DNA of 64,000 nt from contig JAEZDL010000078.1 in the NCBI GenBank assembly GCA_023418095.1, forward strand, positions 142 through 64,141, read 5' to 3'. The position numbers were made by a program, and so were the translations under genes. This stretch comes from Bacteroidota bacterium. GTDB lineage: Bacteria > Bacteroidota > Bacteroidia > Flavobacteriales_F > PHOS-HE28. The stretch's first letter is position 1; every line of letters begins with the position of its first letter. The notes under the pieces are model-generated. The model was not told where the DNA came from, ran no database searches, and was given only the letters and a program-made list of their open reading frames with translations. Shown piece after piece: positions 43,631 through 52,874 of the stretch.

Positions 43631-46021
43631 CTACCGGCCTCCGCGCTGGCTTCCGCCACTCCGTGAAGGTGCGGACCCGCCGCCGCCGCCACGGCTGGGT
43701 GCGGGCGAAGTACTGCGTTGCGCAGGAGCCGGCGAAACACCTCCCGGCCTTGATCTGGGCGCAGGTGTTACCCGAGGTGGCGAACTTCGCTGGAAGTTCC
43801 GCTGACGTTCGTTCCCACGCTGCCGATCCCGTTGGATCTCGAACGGATCGCGGCGTGAAGGTTCGCGCGGTGCGGCTTCAGGACGGGGTTCACGTTCCGC
43901 AGGTCGCGCCTGTGGCTCATTGCGCGGTGTGATCTTTCCATCACGAGGTTGCTGCACGTTATCATGCTTCGCAGGCTGAGGTACTTTTTCGCGGCTCTCC
44001 CTGGGAGGAGTGACCCTGCTCCACGAACCATTCTCGTAACGCTGTGTCGCATCTCCGTGCTGCCTGTAGACATTACCCGCAGCATCGGTGAAATGATCTG
44101 ATCTCATCGGCTTATTGGAAGCGTCGCGCTGTAGGGCTTCCTTTTGCACGGTGCGCTCACGCGAGATCGTCGCAGGCCTTATACCCTCCCGATCGAGCGA
44201 TGCGTAGAGATCGCCCGTGTTGGTGGATCGCGCCATGCCACCATCGACCAACCGGCTTGCCCCACTGGAACGGCCTGATACCGATGGCCTGTAGCCATAA
44301 TAGACATCATTGGTGGAGACACAGCAGGGCGGGCACCAGGCGGTAGGGCCCCACCACCCTCCCCAACCATACGGGTAACCCCATGTGGTCCATGCGGGAT
44401 AGACCCAGCCATAACCCCAACCGCTGCCAAAGCCCCAACCGTACCACGGATCGTAATACATGCCGAAGCCCCAGGTCCATGGACGTGGGCGCCAGAAAGC
44501 GGGCCATGGCCGGTAATAGAATCCAGTACCGTAGATCACTACACCGTGCTGTATATATGATCCATAATATCCTGGCGTGTAACCCATGTAGACAACATCG
44601 GGTGTGTGATCGTAGATGTACACATAACGAACATTATAGACCGGACTGCTCGGCGGGATCGAGTTCACTTCATTCGGCACCTCCGTGCTTACAGCCCACG
44701 GCCCATCAGGGGTGGCACCATTGTACCAAACACCATTGTCGCATACATGATAATGGCCGTTGATCCGCAACACATCCGTATTCGCGTTCACCGCATACTC
44801 CACGTTCGTTCCTGTGATCTTTTCGAAGACCGGTGATCCTTCGTAGGAAACCCTCACCGATGCGGATCGGCGATCCACTCGGGCGGTCTGTGGGATCTGC
44901 GCATCTCTCGCAGCCTCGCGCGCCGCATCGGTACCGGCAACGTGGGCAAGAACCATGTCACGATCACTACCTTCGGGAATGTTCTTGAATTCCTCTGGAA
45001 GTTGATCGGCGGGAACGAAAGTCCATTCACCGCTGGAAAGATCCTTGGTGCGGAACCACCGCCCGCTCGCCAGGAAATAGTAGTCCTGCGATCCGATATC
45101 GAGGAACACGCTCCTTGAAGTGTTGGTCACCGTAAGGAGTTCGGTGTTCTGGATCGGTTTTAGGTCCGGAGGCCCGTCGATCGCCAGGAGTTCGGCAGGC
45201 TTCCGCCTCACGATGATCTCCAATTCCGCCGGTGCGGGCGCATCATCGGTGGTGAGCGCCGCACTTTCCGTCACATCCGCGGCGAGCTCCTGCAGTTCCT
45301 GCGGAACGTTCTGTTCTCGCCGCCATGGACCTTCAAGGTCACGCGAAACGAACCACATGCGCGATCCATACAGATAATGTTGTCCGCCCTGGTCCCGCAG
45401 GATCATGAAAGGTGAGTTCACCACACGCTCCAGGCCCATGCGGCTTTCAGGTTGATAGATCGGATCCCCACGTGCCGTTACGGTCTCGGACAATTTTTCA
45501 TACTGTGGATCCCCATCGATGAACACAAGAGCGGCAGGTCGTTCACGGTAGATGATCTCAGGCGGATCGTTCGCGTACTGATCGCCCGCCTGCACCTCCT
45601 GCTCCAACGCCGAGACCATCCAATCCAGAGAGATCACCGGCGCGATCTCAGGGATCGCCTTGCTGATCGCCGAGCGGACCGAAGCAAGTTCCATTGCATC
45701 ATCCACGCCTGGGAAACGTGCGTCATCCACCTCGTACTTCACGATCCTGGCCAGGCGTGATCCGCGATCGAGCTCCAGCACACCATCACCCCAGACCGCA
45801 CCGAAAACAGGCGACTTGTCCCCCGCACGCTCCATGGAAACAGCAGCACGTGCACTAAAGGTGTTGCCGTTCAAACTTTCCGGTTGCGGCTTGAAGACCT
45901 GGTATTCTATCCCATCGGACTCAAAGCGCACCGGCCAATCCTCCTGGGCCACCGCAACGGTTCCGATCAACGTGAACGGAACGAACAACGACCGGATCAA
46001 TAGCCTGCTCATTGTGATCAT
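43631..46021 (-). CDS. secreted protein with Trp/Gly/Tyr-rich (YXWGXW-like) repeats and Arg/Pro/Gly-rich disordered tail
   Basis: Start trimmed to MITMSRLLIRSLFVPFTLIGTVAVAQ. The repeat segment is WGFGMYYDPWYGWGFGSGWGYGWVYPAWTTWGYPYGWGGWWGP. The last ~150 aa are low-complexity R/P/S/G. Confidence 0.75.
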   Translation of the reverse strand: MITMSRLLIRSLFVPFTLIGTVAVAQEDWPVRFESDGIEYQVFKPQPESLNGNTFSARAAVSMERAGDKSPVFGAVWGDGVLELDRGSRLARIVKYEVDDARFPGVDDAMELASVRSAISKAIPEIAPVISLDWMVSALEQEVQAGDQYANDPPEIIYRERPAALVFIDGDPQYEKLSETVTARGDPIYQPESRMGLERVVNSPFMILRDQGGQHYLYGSRMWFVSRDLEGPWRREQNVPQELQELAADVTESAALTTDDAPAPAELEIIVRRKPAELLAIDGPPDLKPIQNTELLTVTNTSRSVFLDIGSQDYYFLASGRWFRTKDLSSGEWTFVPADQLPEEFKNIPEGSDRDMVLAHVAGTDAAREAARDAQIPQTARVDRRSASVRVSYEGSPVFEKITGTNVEYAVNANTDVLRINGHYHVCDNGVWYNGATPDGPWAVSTEVPNEVNSIPPSSPVYNVRYVYIYDHTPDVVYMGYTPGYYGSYIQHGVVIYGTGFYYRPWPAFWRPRPWTWGFGMYYDPWYGWGFGSGWGYGWVYPAWTTWGYPYGWGGWWGPTAWCPPCCVSTNDVYYGYRPSVSGRSSGASRLVDGGMARSTNTGDLYASLDREGIRPATISRERTVQKEALQRDASNKPMRSDHFTDAAGNVYRQHGDATQRYENGSWSRVTPPRESREKVPQPAKHDNVQQPRDGKITPRNEPQARPAEREPRPEAAPREPSRRDPFEIQRDRQRGNERQRNFQRSSPPRVTPAPRSRPGGVSPAPAQRSTSPAPSRGGGGGSAPSRSGGSQRGGR

Positions 46022-46135
46022 TTCTGCGTCGATCGAAAAATTCCGATCGATGCACATCAACAACCTTCGCGCCGAATTGGCGAATGGCGATGGAAGCATA
46101 CAGCATCAAGGCATTCGAGCGATCGGCCGGCATGA

Positions 46136-46161
46136 AAAAGGGATCGGTCCCGATCCCTTTT
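46136..46161 (-). terminator. terminator hairpin downstream of the PfpI-like gene
   Basis: aaaagggatcgg (46136..46147) pairs with ccgatccctttt (46150..46161) around a 2-nt loop. The T-run is on the minus strand. Confidence 0.6.
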
Positions 46162-46181
46162 CATATAGTTCCCATTATGGA

Positions 46182-46751
46182 TCAGGCGTGATCATGGATC
46201 CCCTCCTTCACTTCTTCCACCAATTTTCGATTGAACGCCGGAAGATCCTCGGGCGATCGACTGGTGATCAAACCCTGATCGACCACGACCTCATTGTCCT
46301 CCCAGATCGCCCCGGCGTTCTTCAGATCGGTGCTCACACTATGGAACGAGGTCATTTTTCTTCCGCGCACCACGTCCGCTTCGATCAACAACTGTGGGCC
46401 ATGGCAGATCGCGGCCACCGGCTTCTTCTCCGCGAAGAAATGTTTCACGAACTGAACAGCCTTCTTCTCCCGGCGCAACTTATCCGGATTGATGACCCCG
46501 CCGGGGATCAGCAACGCGTCGTATTTCCCGGGATCGGCTTCATCCAGCGAATGATCCACTTTCTGGCTATCACTCCACTCGCCTTCCTTCCAGCCCTTGA
46601 TGCTGCCGCTCTTCGGCGCGATCACATCCACTTTGGCACCGGCATCCTCCAGGGCCTTCTTGGGTGACAGGAACTCACTTTCCTCAAAACCATCCGTGGC
46701 CAGTAACGCCACCCGCTTTCCATTCAGATCTTTCATGTGTGTCCGTTTCAC
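46182..46751 (-). CDS. DJ-1/PfpI family protein (type 1 glutamine amidotransferase-like)
   Basis: Nucleophile elbow VAAICHGPQLLIEADV. Length is about 185 aa. Confidence 0.88.
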   Translation of the reverse strand: MKRTHMKDLNGKRVALLATDGFEESEFLSPKKALEDAGAKVDVIAPKSGSIKGWKEGEWSDSQKVDHSLDEADPGKYDALLIPGGVINPDKLRREKKAVQFVKHFFAEKKPVAAICHGPQLLIEADVVRGRKMTSFHSVSTDLKNAGAIWEDNEVVVDQGLITSRSPEDLPAFNRKLVEEVKEGIHDHA

Positions 46752-46775
46752 GGAACGGCCGCAGATCCTTTGCCG

Positions 46776-47333
46776 TTAGCGTTCGTAATAGAAGATGAGG
46801 CTCGCACGCGCCTTGGAATGGGAATTCAGGTTGAATCCTATCAACGCTGGTGAGGCATCCTCGGGCACTTCGAGCTTTTCCGTATCAAGGGCATGGATCG
46901 TAACCACATAACGATGCGGACCGTGACCTTCGGGTGGGCAAGGCCCGCCATAGGCACGGGTGCCGAAATCGGTGCGGCCCTGCACAGCACCCTTGGGCAA
47001 GGCGGTGCTATTCTCAACACCGGCGCCCGGGGGCAATTCCGTTACAGAGGATGGGATGTTGTAGACCACCCAATGCCACCAGCCGCTTCCGGTCGGTGCA
47101 TCGGGATCGTGCATGGTGATCGCGAACGACCTGGTCCCTTCCGGCACTTGCTCCCAACTCAACTGAGGGCTCTGGTTCTCTCCGCTGCAACCGAAGCCAT
47201 TGAATACATGGCGCATGGTCGCCTGGCCGCCCACATCATTGGATCGAAGTGTGAAAGGCCCTTTCCGCTGCGCAGGTTGTGCCATCAGTAGGATGGGCGA
47301 CATCAGAAGAAGAAGTAATACACGACGTATCAT
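46776..47333 (-). CDS. YbhB/YbcL family Raf-kinase-inhibitor-like (PEBP) protein, secreted
   Basis: Start trimmed to MIRRVLLLLLMSPILLMAQ. PEBP motif FAITMHDPDAPTGSGWWHWVVYNIP. Confidence 0.88.
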   Translation of the reverse strand: MIRRVLLLLLMSPILLMAQPAQRKGPFTLRSNDVGGQATMRHVFNGFGCSGENQSPQLSWEQVPEGTRSFAITMHDPDAPTGSGWWHWVVYNIPSSVTELPPGAGVENSTALPKGAVQGRTDFGTRAYGGPCPPEGHGPHRYVVTIHALDTEKLEVPEDASPALIGFNLNSHSKARASLIFYYER

Positions 47334-47386
47334 TTTCAGGATCGTTTCCAGCGAAAATAATCCATGTCGATGTCGTTCGGTGTGCA

Positions 47387-48550
47387 CTACCAGGTGAAAT
47401 GGACAATGTGCGCTTCGGCTTCGCTGTGCTGTTCGATCTGGGCTCCCTCGATCGTGAAATATCCTGGATCGACCTTGGGATCCACAGGGAACTTCACCAT
47501 GAACATGGGCCTGTCCTGGGCAACCTGCAATTCAGCTCTCATCGAAATAAGGGGATCGCCGGTACTTTTCGCAAGGCCGATCACCTTCGCCAGCAACTCC
47601 ACCGATCGACGTACGGGAAGCGGAAGATCACGATCCAATAGTTTCCGATCAGCCTCCACTTCGTACCGGAAACTTCTTCCCGATCGCGCGGCCTCAAGTT
47701 TCAGGTATTGCCGCAGCAAGGCGATCGTTTGTTGCGCAGGCAGGAGATCCTCTGCCGGTACATCATCCAGCAATTTCATCAGGCGCGACAGCGAACCTAC
47801 ATGCATGGCGGCTTCCACGATCTCGCCTTTGTTCAATTGATCGGCAATGAGCGAAAGGTGTGAATGCACGAAACCCCGATCTGGCCGGCGATCTACGGCT
47901 ACCACCGTTGTCCGGACCGAAGTGCTTTCAGCTGGCCCGGGCGCTGGTGCTGCTACCGCGGCAGGCGCAATGGGCGAATTGGGAGGCGATCGCCTGATCT
48001 TGAAGGCCACGAATATCACCAGAAGCAGCAGCAGGGAAACCGCACCCACCAGGATCAATTGTCCACGCCCCTTTTCTTCACCATGCCGCTTTTCGAGTTC
48101 GGCTTTTTGAAGCTCGTATTCTTCAGCCATGGCGGATAAGCTATCCACAGCATGGTGGTATGCATCGATCGAGCGATCCAACTCGTTCTGCATCCACTTC
48201 AACCTTTGTTCGGAATACACCCGCAACGTATCGAACGCGCGCTGGTGATCACCCTGTGCATGAAGTACGAATGCGGTAAGCTCACCTCTCGCATCATGCA
48301 ATTGCGGATCGGGGATACCGCTATCGATCGCCATGTTCTGCAGGATCCTGATCGCCAGATCGGTTTGCCCGGACAAGTGAAGGATACGGGCGCGATCCAA
48401 ACTGTCCCAGGCGGCCTGCACCTGCAACAGCGGAGCGGAACTGGTATCGGGCAATTGGGCGCTGGCGCCAGTGACCATAAGTAGAAGGATCGGAAAGAGT
48501 ACGCAGATCCTGGAACGGATCGCTTTTGCCCTATGCCGTACCGGACGCAT
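47387..48550 (-). CDS. membrane-anchored protein: periplasmic helical/TPR-like domain, one TM, cytoplasmic degenerate LytS-type histidine-kinase-like region
   Basis: Signal peptide, helical N-domain and TM LILVGAVSLLLLLVIFVAF. The C-terminal LPAQQTIALLRQYLKLEAARSGRSFRYEVEAD resembles the dimerisation/phosphoacceptor region of LytS/YehU kinases, but no N/G1/G2 ATP-binding boxes are seen. Confidence 0.6.
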   Translation of the reverse strand: MRPVRHRAKAIRSRICVLFPILLLMVTGASAQLPDTSSAPLLQVQAAWDSLDRARILHLSGQTDLAIRILQNMAIDSGIPDPQLHDARGELTAFVLHAQGDHQRAFDTLRVYSEQRLKWMQNELDRSIDAYHHAVDSLSAMAEEYELQKAELEKRHGEEKGRGQLILVGAVSLLLLLVIFVAFKIRRSPPNSPIAPAAVAAPAPGPAESTSVRTTVVAVDRRPDRGFVHSHLSLIADQLNKGEIVEAAMHVGSLSRLMKLLDDVPAEDLLPAQQTIALLRQYLKLEAARSGRSFRYEVEADRKLLDRDLPLPVRRSVELLAKVIGLAKSTGDPLISMRAELQVAQDRPMFMVKFPVDPKVDPGYFTIEGAQIEQHSEAEAHIVHFTW

Positions 48551-48626
48551 GAATATGATCGATGCCGATGACCACCTGAAAGATCAGGCGATCACCGGCA
48601 TCGAACGAAGGTACTGCCTCGAACGA

Positions 48627-48782
48627 TCACGCCACCCTGTCGCCGCGGATCAACCGCACGAGAATGGCGATCACAGCCAGTACCAATAGGATATGGATGA
48701 GCGCACCAGCACTGTAGACAAAGGCGCCGAACACCCATCCAATGATCAGAATAATCGCGATCAGATAAAGCAGATTTCCCAT
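48627..48782 (-). CDS. tiny two-helix membrane protein (lmo0937-like family)
   Basis: 51-aa ORF not in the supplied track (below the length cutoff): MGNLLYLIAIILIIGWVFGAFVYSAGALIHILLVLAVIAILVRLIRGDRVA. ATG is cat at 48780..48782 and the TGA stop is at 48627..48629. Confidence 0.65.
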   Translation of the reverse strand: MGNLLYLIAIILIIGWVFGAFVYSAGALIHILLVLAVIAILVRLIRGDRVA

Positions 48783-48986
48783 GACTTATTCTTTTTTTGA
48801 GCGAATGGTTCGACGCATATCGTGCCGAAGATCCCTGTTGACTATCCTTCAAGGCTGAAGCTTGATGAAATGACGGCCCTCCTATATCTGAATATGTAGA
48901 AAGTATTCCCCAACTTTGTGTAGCCCTGCCTGCGTTCGGCTAGCGATCCCTTCCCGACGAACGCAGCACCGGTGGATTTTGATGGA

Positions 48987-49003
48987 TGGTACAAAGCTTG
49001 GCA
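48987..49003 (+). promoter_or_regulatory. weak sigma-54 (-24/-12)-like element upstream of the receiver gene
   Basis: TGGTAC-aaagc-TTGGCA compared with the consensus TGGCAC-N5-TTGCW. The spacing is correct, with one mismatch in each half. It lies 66 nt upstream of ATG 49069, next to a sigma-54 activator gene. Confidence 0.2.
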
Positions 49004-49068
49004 AGATGGAGCGCGAACAAACCACCGTCGATCGGCCCACCGATCTGTCCATAGTCCACCACCACCCG

Positions 49069-49443
49069 ATGAAATTGCTTTTAGTGGATGATGAACCGGA
49101 GATCTGCCTCCTGTTGAACGCCATGCTCGTACGCTATGGAGCAAATACGTCCATGGCCCATTCACTGCGCGATGCCGAGCAGAAGATCGATGGCATTCCC
49201 CATATCGATGGGGTGTTCCTGGATGTGAACCTGCCCGACGGCAAAGGCTATGAACTGATCCCATCGATCAGGGAACATTCGCCCGATGCGCGTGTGATCG
49301 TGATAAGTGCGATGGACCAGGAAAGGACCCATGCCCTTGACGCAGGCGCGGACCTTTTCCTCGCAAAACCGTTGGACCGGAGCAGTGTGCTCGACGGACT
49401 GCGCAAAGTGCAATTGCTCGACCCCGAAAAAGAAACTTATTGA
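49069..49443 (+). CDS. stand-alone response regulator receiver protein
   Basis: Start trimmed to MKLLLVDDEPEI. The phosphoacceptor context is VFLDVNLPDGKG, with S in VISAM and K in FLAKPL. There is no output domain. Confidence 0.85.
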   Translation: MKLLLVDDEPEICLLLNAMLVRYGANTSMAHSLRDAEQKIDGIPHIDGVFLDVNLPDGKGYELIPSIREHSPDARVIVISAMDQERTHALDAGADLFLAKPLDRSSVLDGLRKVQLLDPEKETY

Positions 49444-49451
49444 ACAGACCC

Positions 49452-50870
49452 ATGGCCGCCTCAAGGATCCTACTGGTCGATGATGATCAGGATATCTGCC
49501 TGCTCCTGTCACGCTTTCTTGAAAAGAAAGGTTATGTGGTGCGCACGGCAGGACGCAAAAGCGCAGCGCTGCCGCTGCTGAAGGAGGAAAAGTTCGATCT
49601 GATCCTGTGCGATCACCGGCTTCCCGATGCGGACAGCCTGGAGATGCTCGATCATTTCAAGAGCATGGCGCTCGGGGTGCCTGTGCTCATCATAACCGGT
49701 TATTCCGATGTGCGCGTAGCAGTGGAATTGATGCGGAAAGGTGCACGGGACTACGTGGTGAAACCGCTGTATCCCGATGACATCGCCTTGCGGATCGAAG
49801 AAGCGCTCTCAAAAGGGAACGATCAGCCCGTGGCCACTTCCAATGGAAATGGAAGGGCGCGATCCACAACGGCAAATCCCGGTACCGGCAATTTCGTACA
49901 TGGATCGGGAACCTTCGCCGGCCAGCTCAACAAACACATCAAACTCGTCGCACCTACGGATCTTTCGCTGCTCATCATCGGCGAAACGGGAACGGGGAAG
50001 GAATTCGTGGCGAAGGAGATCCATCGCCTTGGCGTGCGATCGGACAAGCCGTTCGTTGCGTTGGATTGCGGTGCCCTACCTGCAGAACTCGCAGGAAGTG
50101 AATTGTTCGGCCACGTGAAGGGTTCCTTCACAGGTGCGTTGAATGATAAGGCCGGCTGCTTCCAGCAGGCCGATGGCGGCACCTTGTTCCTTGACGAGAT
50201 CGGCAATCTCAGTTATGAGAACCAGGTGAAACTTCTGCGTGTATTGCAGGAGCGCAAAGTGCGCCGCATCGGCGACAACAAGGACATCGCAGTGGACGTG
50301 CGCATCATCGCCGCAACCAACGAAGACCTTACGATCGCCACACGCGAAGGCCGTTTCCGCGAGGATCTTTTCCACCGCTTGAACGAATTCACGATACAGC
50401 TTCTACCTCTCCGCGATCGAAAGGAGGATATACAGATGTACGCGGAGCATTTCCTGCGGATCGCAGCGGAAAGGCTTGGCCGAAACGTTACCGGCATGTC
50501 GCCGGAGGTGCTCGAAAAATTGAAGCATCACGCCTGGTACGGAAACCTGCGTGAATTGAACAACGTGATCAAGCGCGCCGTTCTTCTCTGCAATACCGAA
50601 ACGCTTCAATTGGAGCAACTGCCCATGGAGATCATTGCCGGCACCGCATCGCGACCCATGGAACGTGCGGTGGCCGGTGGCGGAAGTACGGAACAACGTG
50701 TACTGGCCGGCGATGATGATCTGCGCGCCGTGGCCCAGCATGCCGAGAAACAGGCGATCCTGACCGCTTTGGAGCGCAACGGTTTCAATAAATCGCGCAC
50801 CGCCGAGATGCTCAACATCGATCGGAAGACGCTGTACAACAAATTGAAATCCTTCGGGATAGACCTCTAA
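49452..50870 (+). CDS. sigma-54-dependent response regulator (NtrC family: REC, AAA+, Fis-type HTH)
   Basis: REC domain (ILLVDDDQDI, LILCDHRLPD). AAA+ Walker A is LLIIGETGTGKEF. The sigma-54 contact loop is GSFTGA and Walker B is TLFLDEIG. The C-terminal HTH is NKSRTAEMLNIDRKTLYNKLK. Confidence 0.92.
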   Translation: MAASRILLVDDDQDICLLLSRFLEKKGYVVRTAGRKSAALPLLKEEKFDLILCDHRLPDADSLEMLDHFKSMALGVPVLIITGYSDVRVAVELMRKGARDYVVKPLYPDDIALRIEEALSKGNDQPVATSNGNGRARSTTANPGTGNFVHGSGTFAGQLNKHIKLVAPTDLSLLIIGETGTGKEFVAKEIHRLGVRSDKPFVALDCGALPAELAGSELFGHVKGSFTGALNDKAGCFQQADGGTLFLDEIGNLSYENQVKLLRVLQERKVRRIGDNKDIAVDVRIIAATNEDLTIATREGRFREDLFHRLNEFTIQLLPLRDRKEDIQMYAEHFLRIAAERLGRNVTGMSPEVLEKLKHHAWYGNLRELNNVIKRAVLLCNTETLQLEQLPMEIIAGTASRPMERAVAGGGSTEQRVLAGDDDLRAVAQHAEKQAILTALERNGFNKSRTAEMLNIDRKTLYNKLKSFGIDL

Positions 50871-50885
50871 AGTTCCCGTAGCCGC

Positions 50886-52712
50886 ATGAGCACGGGAACC
50901 AGCGGACCACCTGCGAGCGGATCAACTGCCCGGGGAAAGACCTTCCGGGTGATGGACACCGATCAGGAGAACAGGTTCATCAAGGCCATTGCCATCGCCA
51001 GCGTTCTGCTGGTGGTGGCCCTGCTCGGTTTCGCCTACAATAACCTGGATCGTTACAAGGCGGAGAACGATGCGATCCGGCGGTCGCACCAGATCATGCA
51101 TGCCACCGATCGGTTCTTCGAATTGGTGAACGATGCTGAACTTGGTTGCCGTGGTTACCTGCTCAGCGGCGATTCCGCCTTGTTGGAGCCGTACAAGGCC
51201 GCGTTGCCCAAACTGGATGAACGTTTGAGCGAATTGCTCACCCTGCTTCCGGATACCGAAGGTGTAAGCCGGCCGCTCGGCATCAAGGTAAGCCTGCGCC
51301 AGAAGCTCACCAACCTTCAAATGCTGATCAAGGATCAGCGCACGGGCCGATCCACGATCGGGCAACCCGATCCGGAATTGTTGAAGCGCGGGAATGCACA
51401 GATGGAGGAACTACGGCGGATCCATCGTGAGTTGCTCACACGCCACGGTCACGCGCTACAGTACCGCGCCATGCAGGAAAGATCGCTCGGGCTGGTGACG
51501 CCAATGATGATCCTGCTTTACGCGTTGCTCGCCTTGCTTGGCATCGGTCTGCTCTTCTTCCGGTTGATCCGCACCTTGGAGCGCGTGCAGCTTGCCGAAC
51601 GCGTGGCCCGAAATACCGCGCGCGAACGTGACAAGGAAGCACGAACGCGTGAGCTTGCGGAAAGAAGTTTGAAACGCGTGCTGGACAGTTCGCCGAGCGG
51701 GATCATGGCCTTCCGATCCATACGTGATGAAAAAGGTGAGATCTCGGATTTTGAATGGATGCAGGTGAACGATGCAGCCACCTCCATGGTCGGCAGCCCA
51801 TCTGAAGAATTGATCGGTGCCCGGCTTTCAATGAAGATGCCGCTCCTGATCGCCGAAGGATTGTTCGATCGTTTCAAACACGTGGTCGATAGCGGTGAAC
51901 CGCTCTTCATCGAACATATGATCGACCAGGAAGGCCAGAAGCTCTGGTACAATATCTCGGCAGTGCGCCTGCTCGATGGCTTCGTCGTCACGTTCATGGA
52001 CATTACGGAGACCCGGCGGCAGCAACAGATCATACAGGAAAGCGAACGCCTCGCCGTAACGGGGAAATTCGCCCGATTGATCGCCCACGAGGTACGCAAT
52101 CCGCTTACGAACATCCAGCTCGCATTGGAGCAATTGGAAGTGGAATATCCGCCTGGCGAAAGCAATGGGGCCGGCCTGTACACCGATATCCTGAAAAGAA
52201 ATGCAGGGCGGATCCGCACGCTGATCAGCGAAATGCTCCATTCATCGAGGCCGATGGAGATGGTGCTTCAACCCGGCTCGATCAATACGGTGATCTTGAA
52301 GGCCTATGAATTGATCAAGGACCGGTGCGAATTGGAAAGCATCAACTGCGCGCTGGACCTCGGCGAAGATCTTCCTTTCGTGAACATGGACAAGGAAACG
52401 CTCACCATCGCTTTCGTGAACCTGCTGATCAACGCCACGGAAGCGATGGAGTCAGGAAAGGGCCAGTTGAACGTATCGTCCGTGGAAGTGAATGGAAAAG
52501 TGCGGGTGGTGATCCGCGATAACGGAAAAGGCCTCACCTATGAAGAAAAGGAGAAGATCTTCCAGCCATTCTTCAGCGGAAGGAAAGGTGGCATGGGACT
52601 CGGTCTTACGGAATCACGCAATATCCTGAACGCGCACGGTGCCCTGCTTAGCGTGGAAAGCGAAGTGGGCAAAGGCACCGCCTTCAGCATCCTGTTCAAC
52701 GCGGTGAATTGA
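50886..52712 (+). CDS. sensor histidine kinase (CHASE3-like sensor, PAS, HisKA, HATPase)
   Basis: TM, then a helical extracytoplasmic domain with GCRGYLLSGDSALLEPYKAAL (CHASE3-like), a second TM and a PAS region. The H-box is HEVRNPLTNIQLALEQL, the N-box NLLINATEAM, and the G-boxes IRDNGKGL and GGMGLGLTESR. An alternative start is ATG 50952. Confidence 0.9.
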   Translation: MSTGTSGPPASGSTARGKTFRVMDTDQENRFIKAIAIASVLLVVALLGFAYNNLDRYKAENDAIRRSHQIMHATDRFFELVNDAELGCRGYLLSGDSALLEPYKAALPKLDERLSELLTLLPDTEGVSRPLGIKVSLRQKLTNLQMLIKDQRTGRSTIGQPDPELLKRGNAQMEELRRIHRELLTRHGHALQYRAMQERSLGLVTPMMILLYALLALLGIGLLFFRLIRTLERVQLAERVARNTARERDKEARTRELAERSLKRVLDSSPSGIMAFRSIRDEKGEISDFEWMQVNDAATSMVGSPSEELIGARLSMKMPLLIAEGLFDRFKHVVDSGEPLFIEHMIDQEGQKLWYNISAVRLLDGFVVTFMDITETRRQQQIIQESERLAVTGKFARLIAHEVRNPLTNIQLALEQLEVEYPPGESNGAGLYTDILKRNAGRIRTLISEMLHSSRPMEMVLQPGSINTVILKAYELIKDRCELESINCALDLGEDLPFVNMDKETLTIAFVNLLINATEAMESGKGQLNVSSVEVNGKVRVVIRDNGKGLTYEEKEKIFQPFFSGRKGGMGLGLTESRNILNAHGALLSVESEVGKGTAFSILFNAVN

Positions 52713-52874
52713 TCATGTGCTGGCGCTTCCGCGGATCAGCGATAGAACGAAGAGCACAAGGAATATGAAGAATAGCACTTTGGCGATCCCTGCGGCTCCT
52801 GCGGCAACACCACCGAAGCCGAGCACGGCGGCTATGATCGCGATAACAAGAAAGGTCAATGTCCAGCGTAGCAT
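52713..52874 (-). CDS. DUF1328/YtjA-like tiny membrane protein
   Basis: Start trimmed to [53 protein letters not shown] (53 aa, cat at 52872..52874), which matches the family pattern. Confidence 0.75.
   Translation of the reverse strand: MLRWTLTFLVIAIIAAVLGFGGVAAGAAGIAKVLFFIFLVLFVLSLIRGSAST

Noticed and set aside
44290-44560. Recurring ccccaacc/ccataacc strings, considered as a DNA repeat.
   Set aside because: They are explained by the reverse complement of GGT-TGG-GG codons of the Trp/Gly repeat block in the 43631-46021 protein. They are imperfect and in frame.
48592-48852. 86-aa minus-strand ORF from the track.
   Set aside because: The translation is not protein-like (Cys/Arg/His-rich, TTG start). 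A different frame in the same region gives a clean 51-aa two-helix membrane protein (48627-48782), which I annotated instead.
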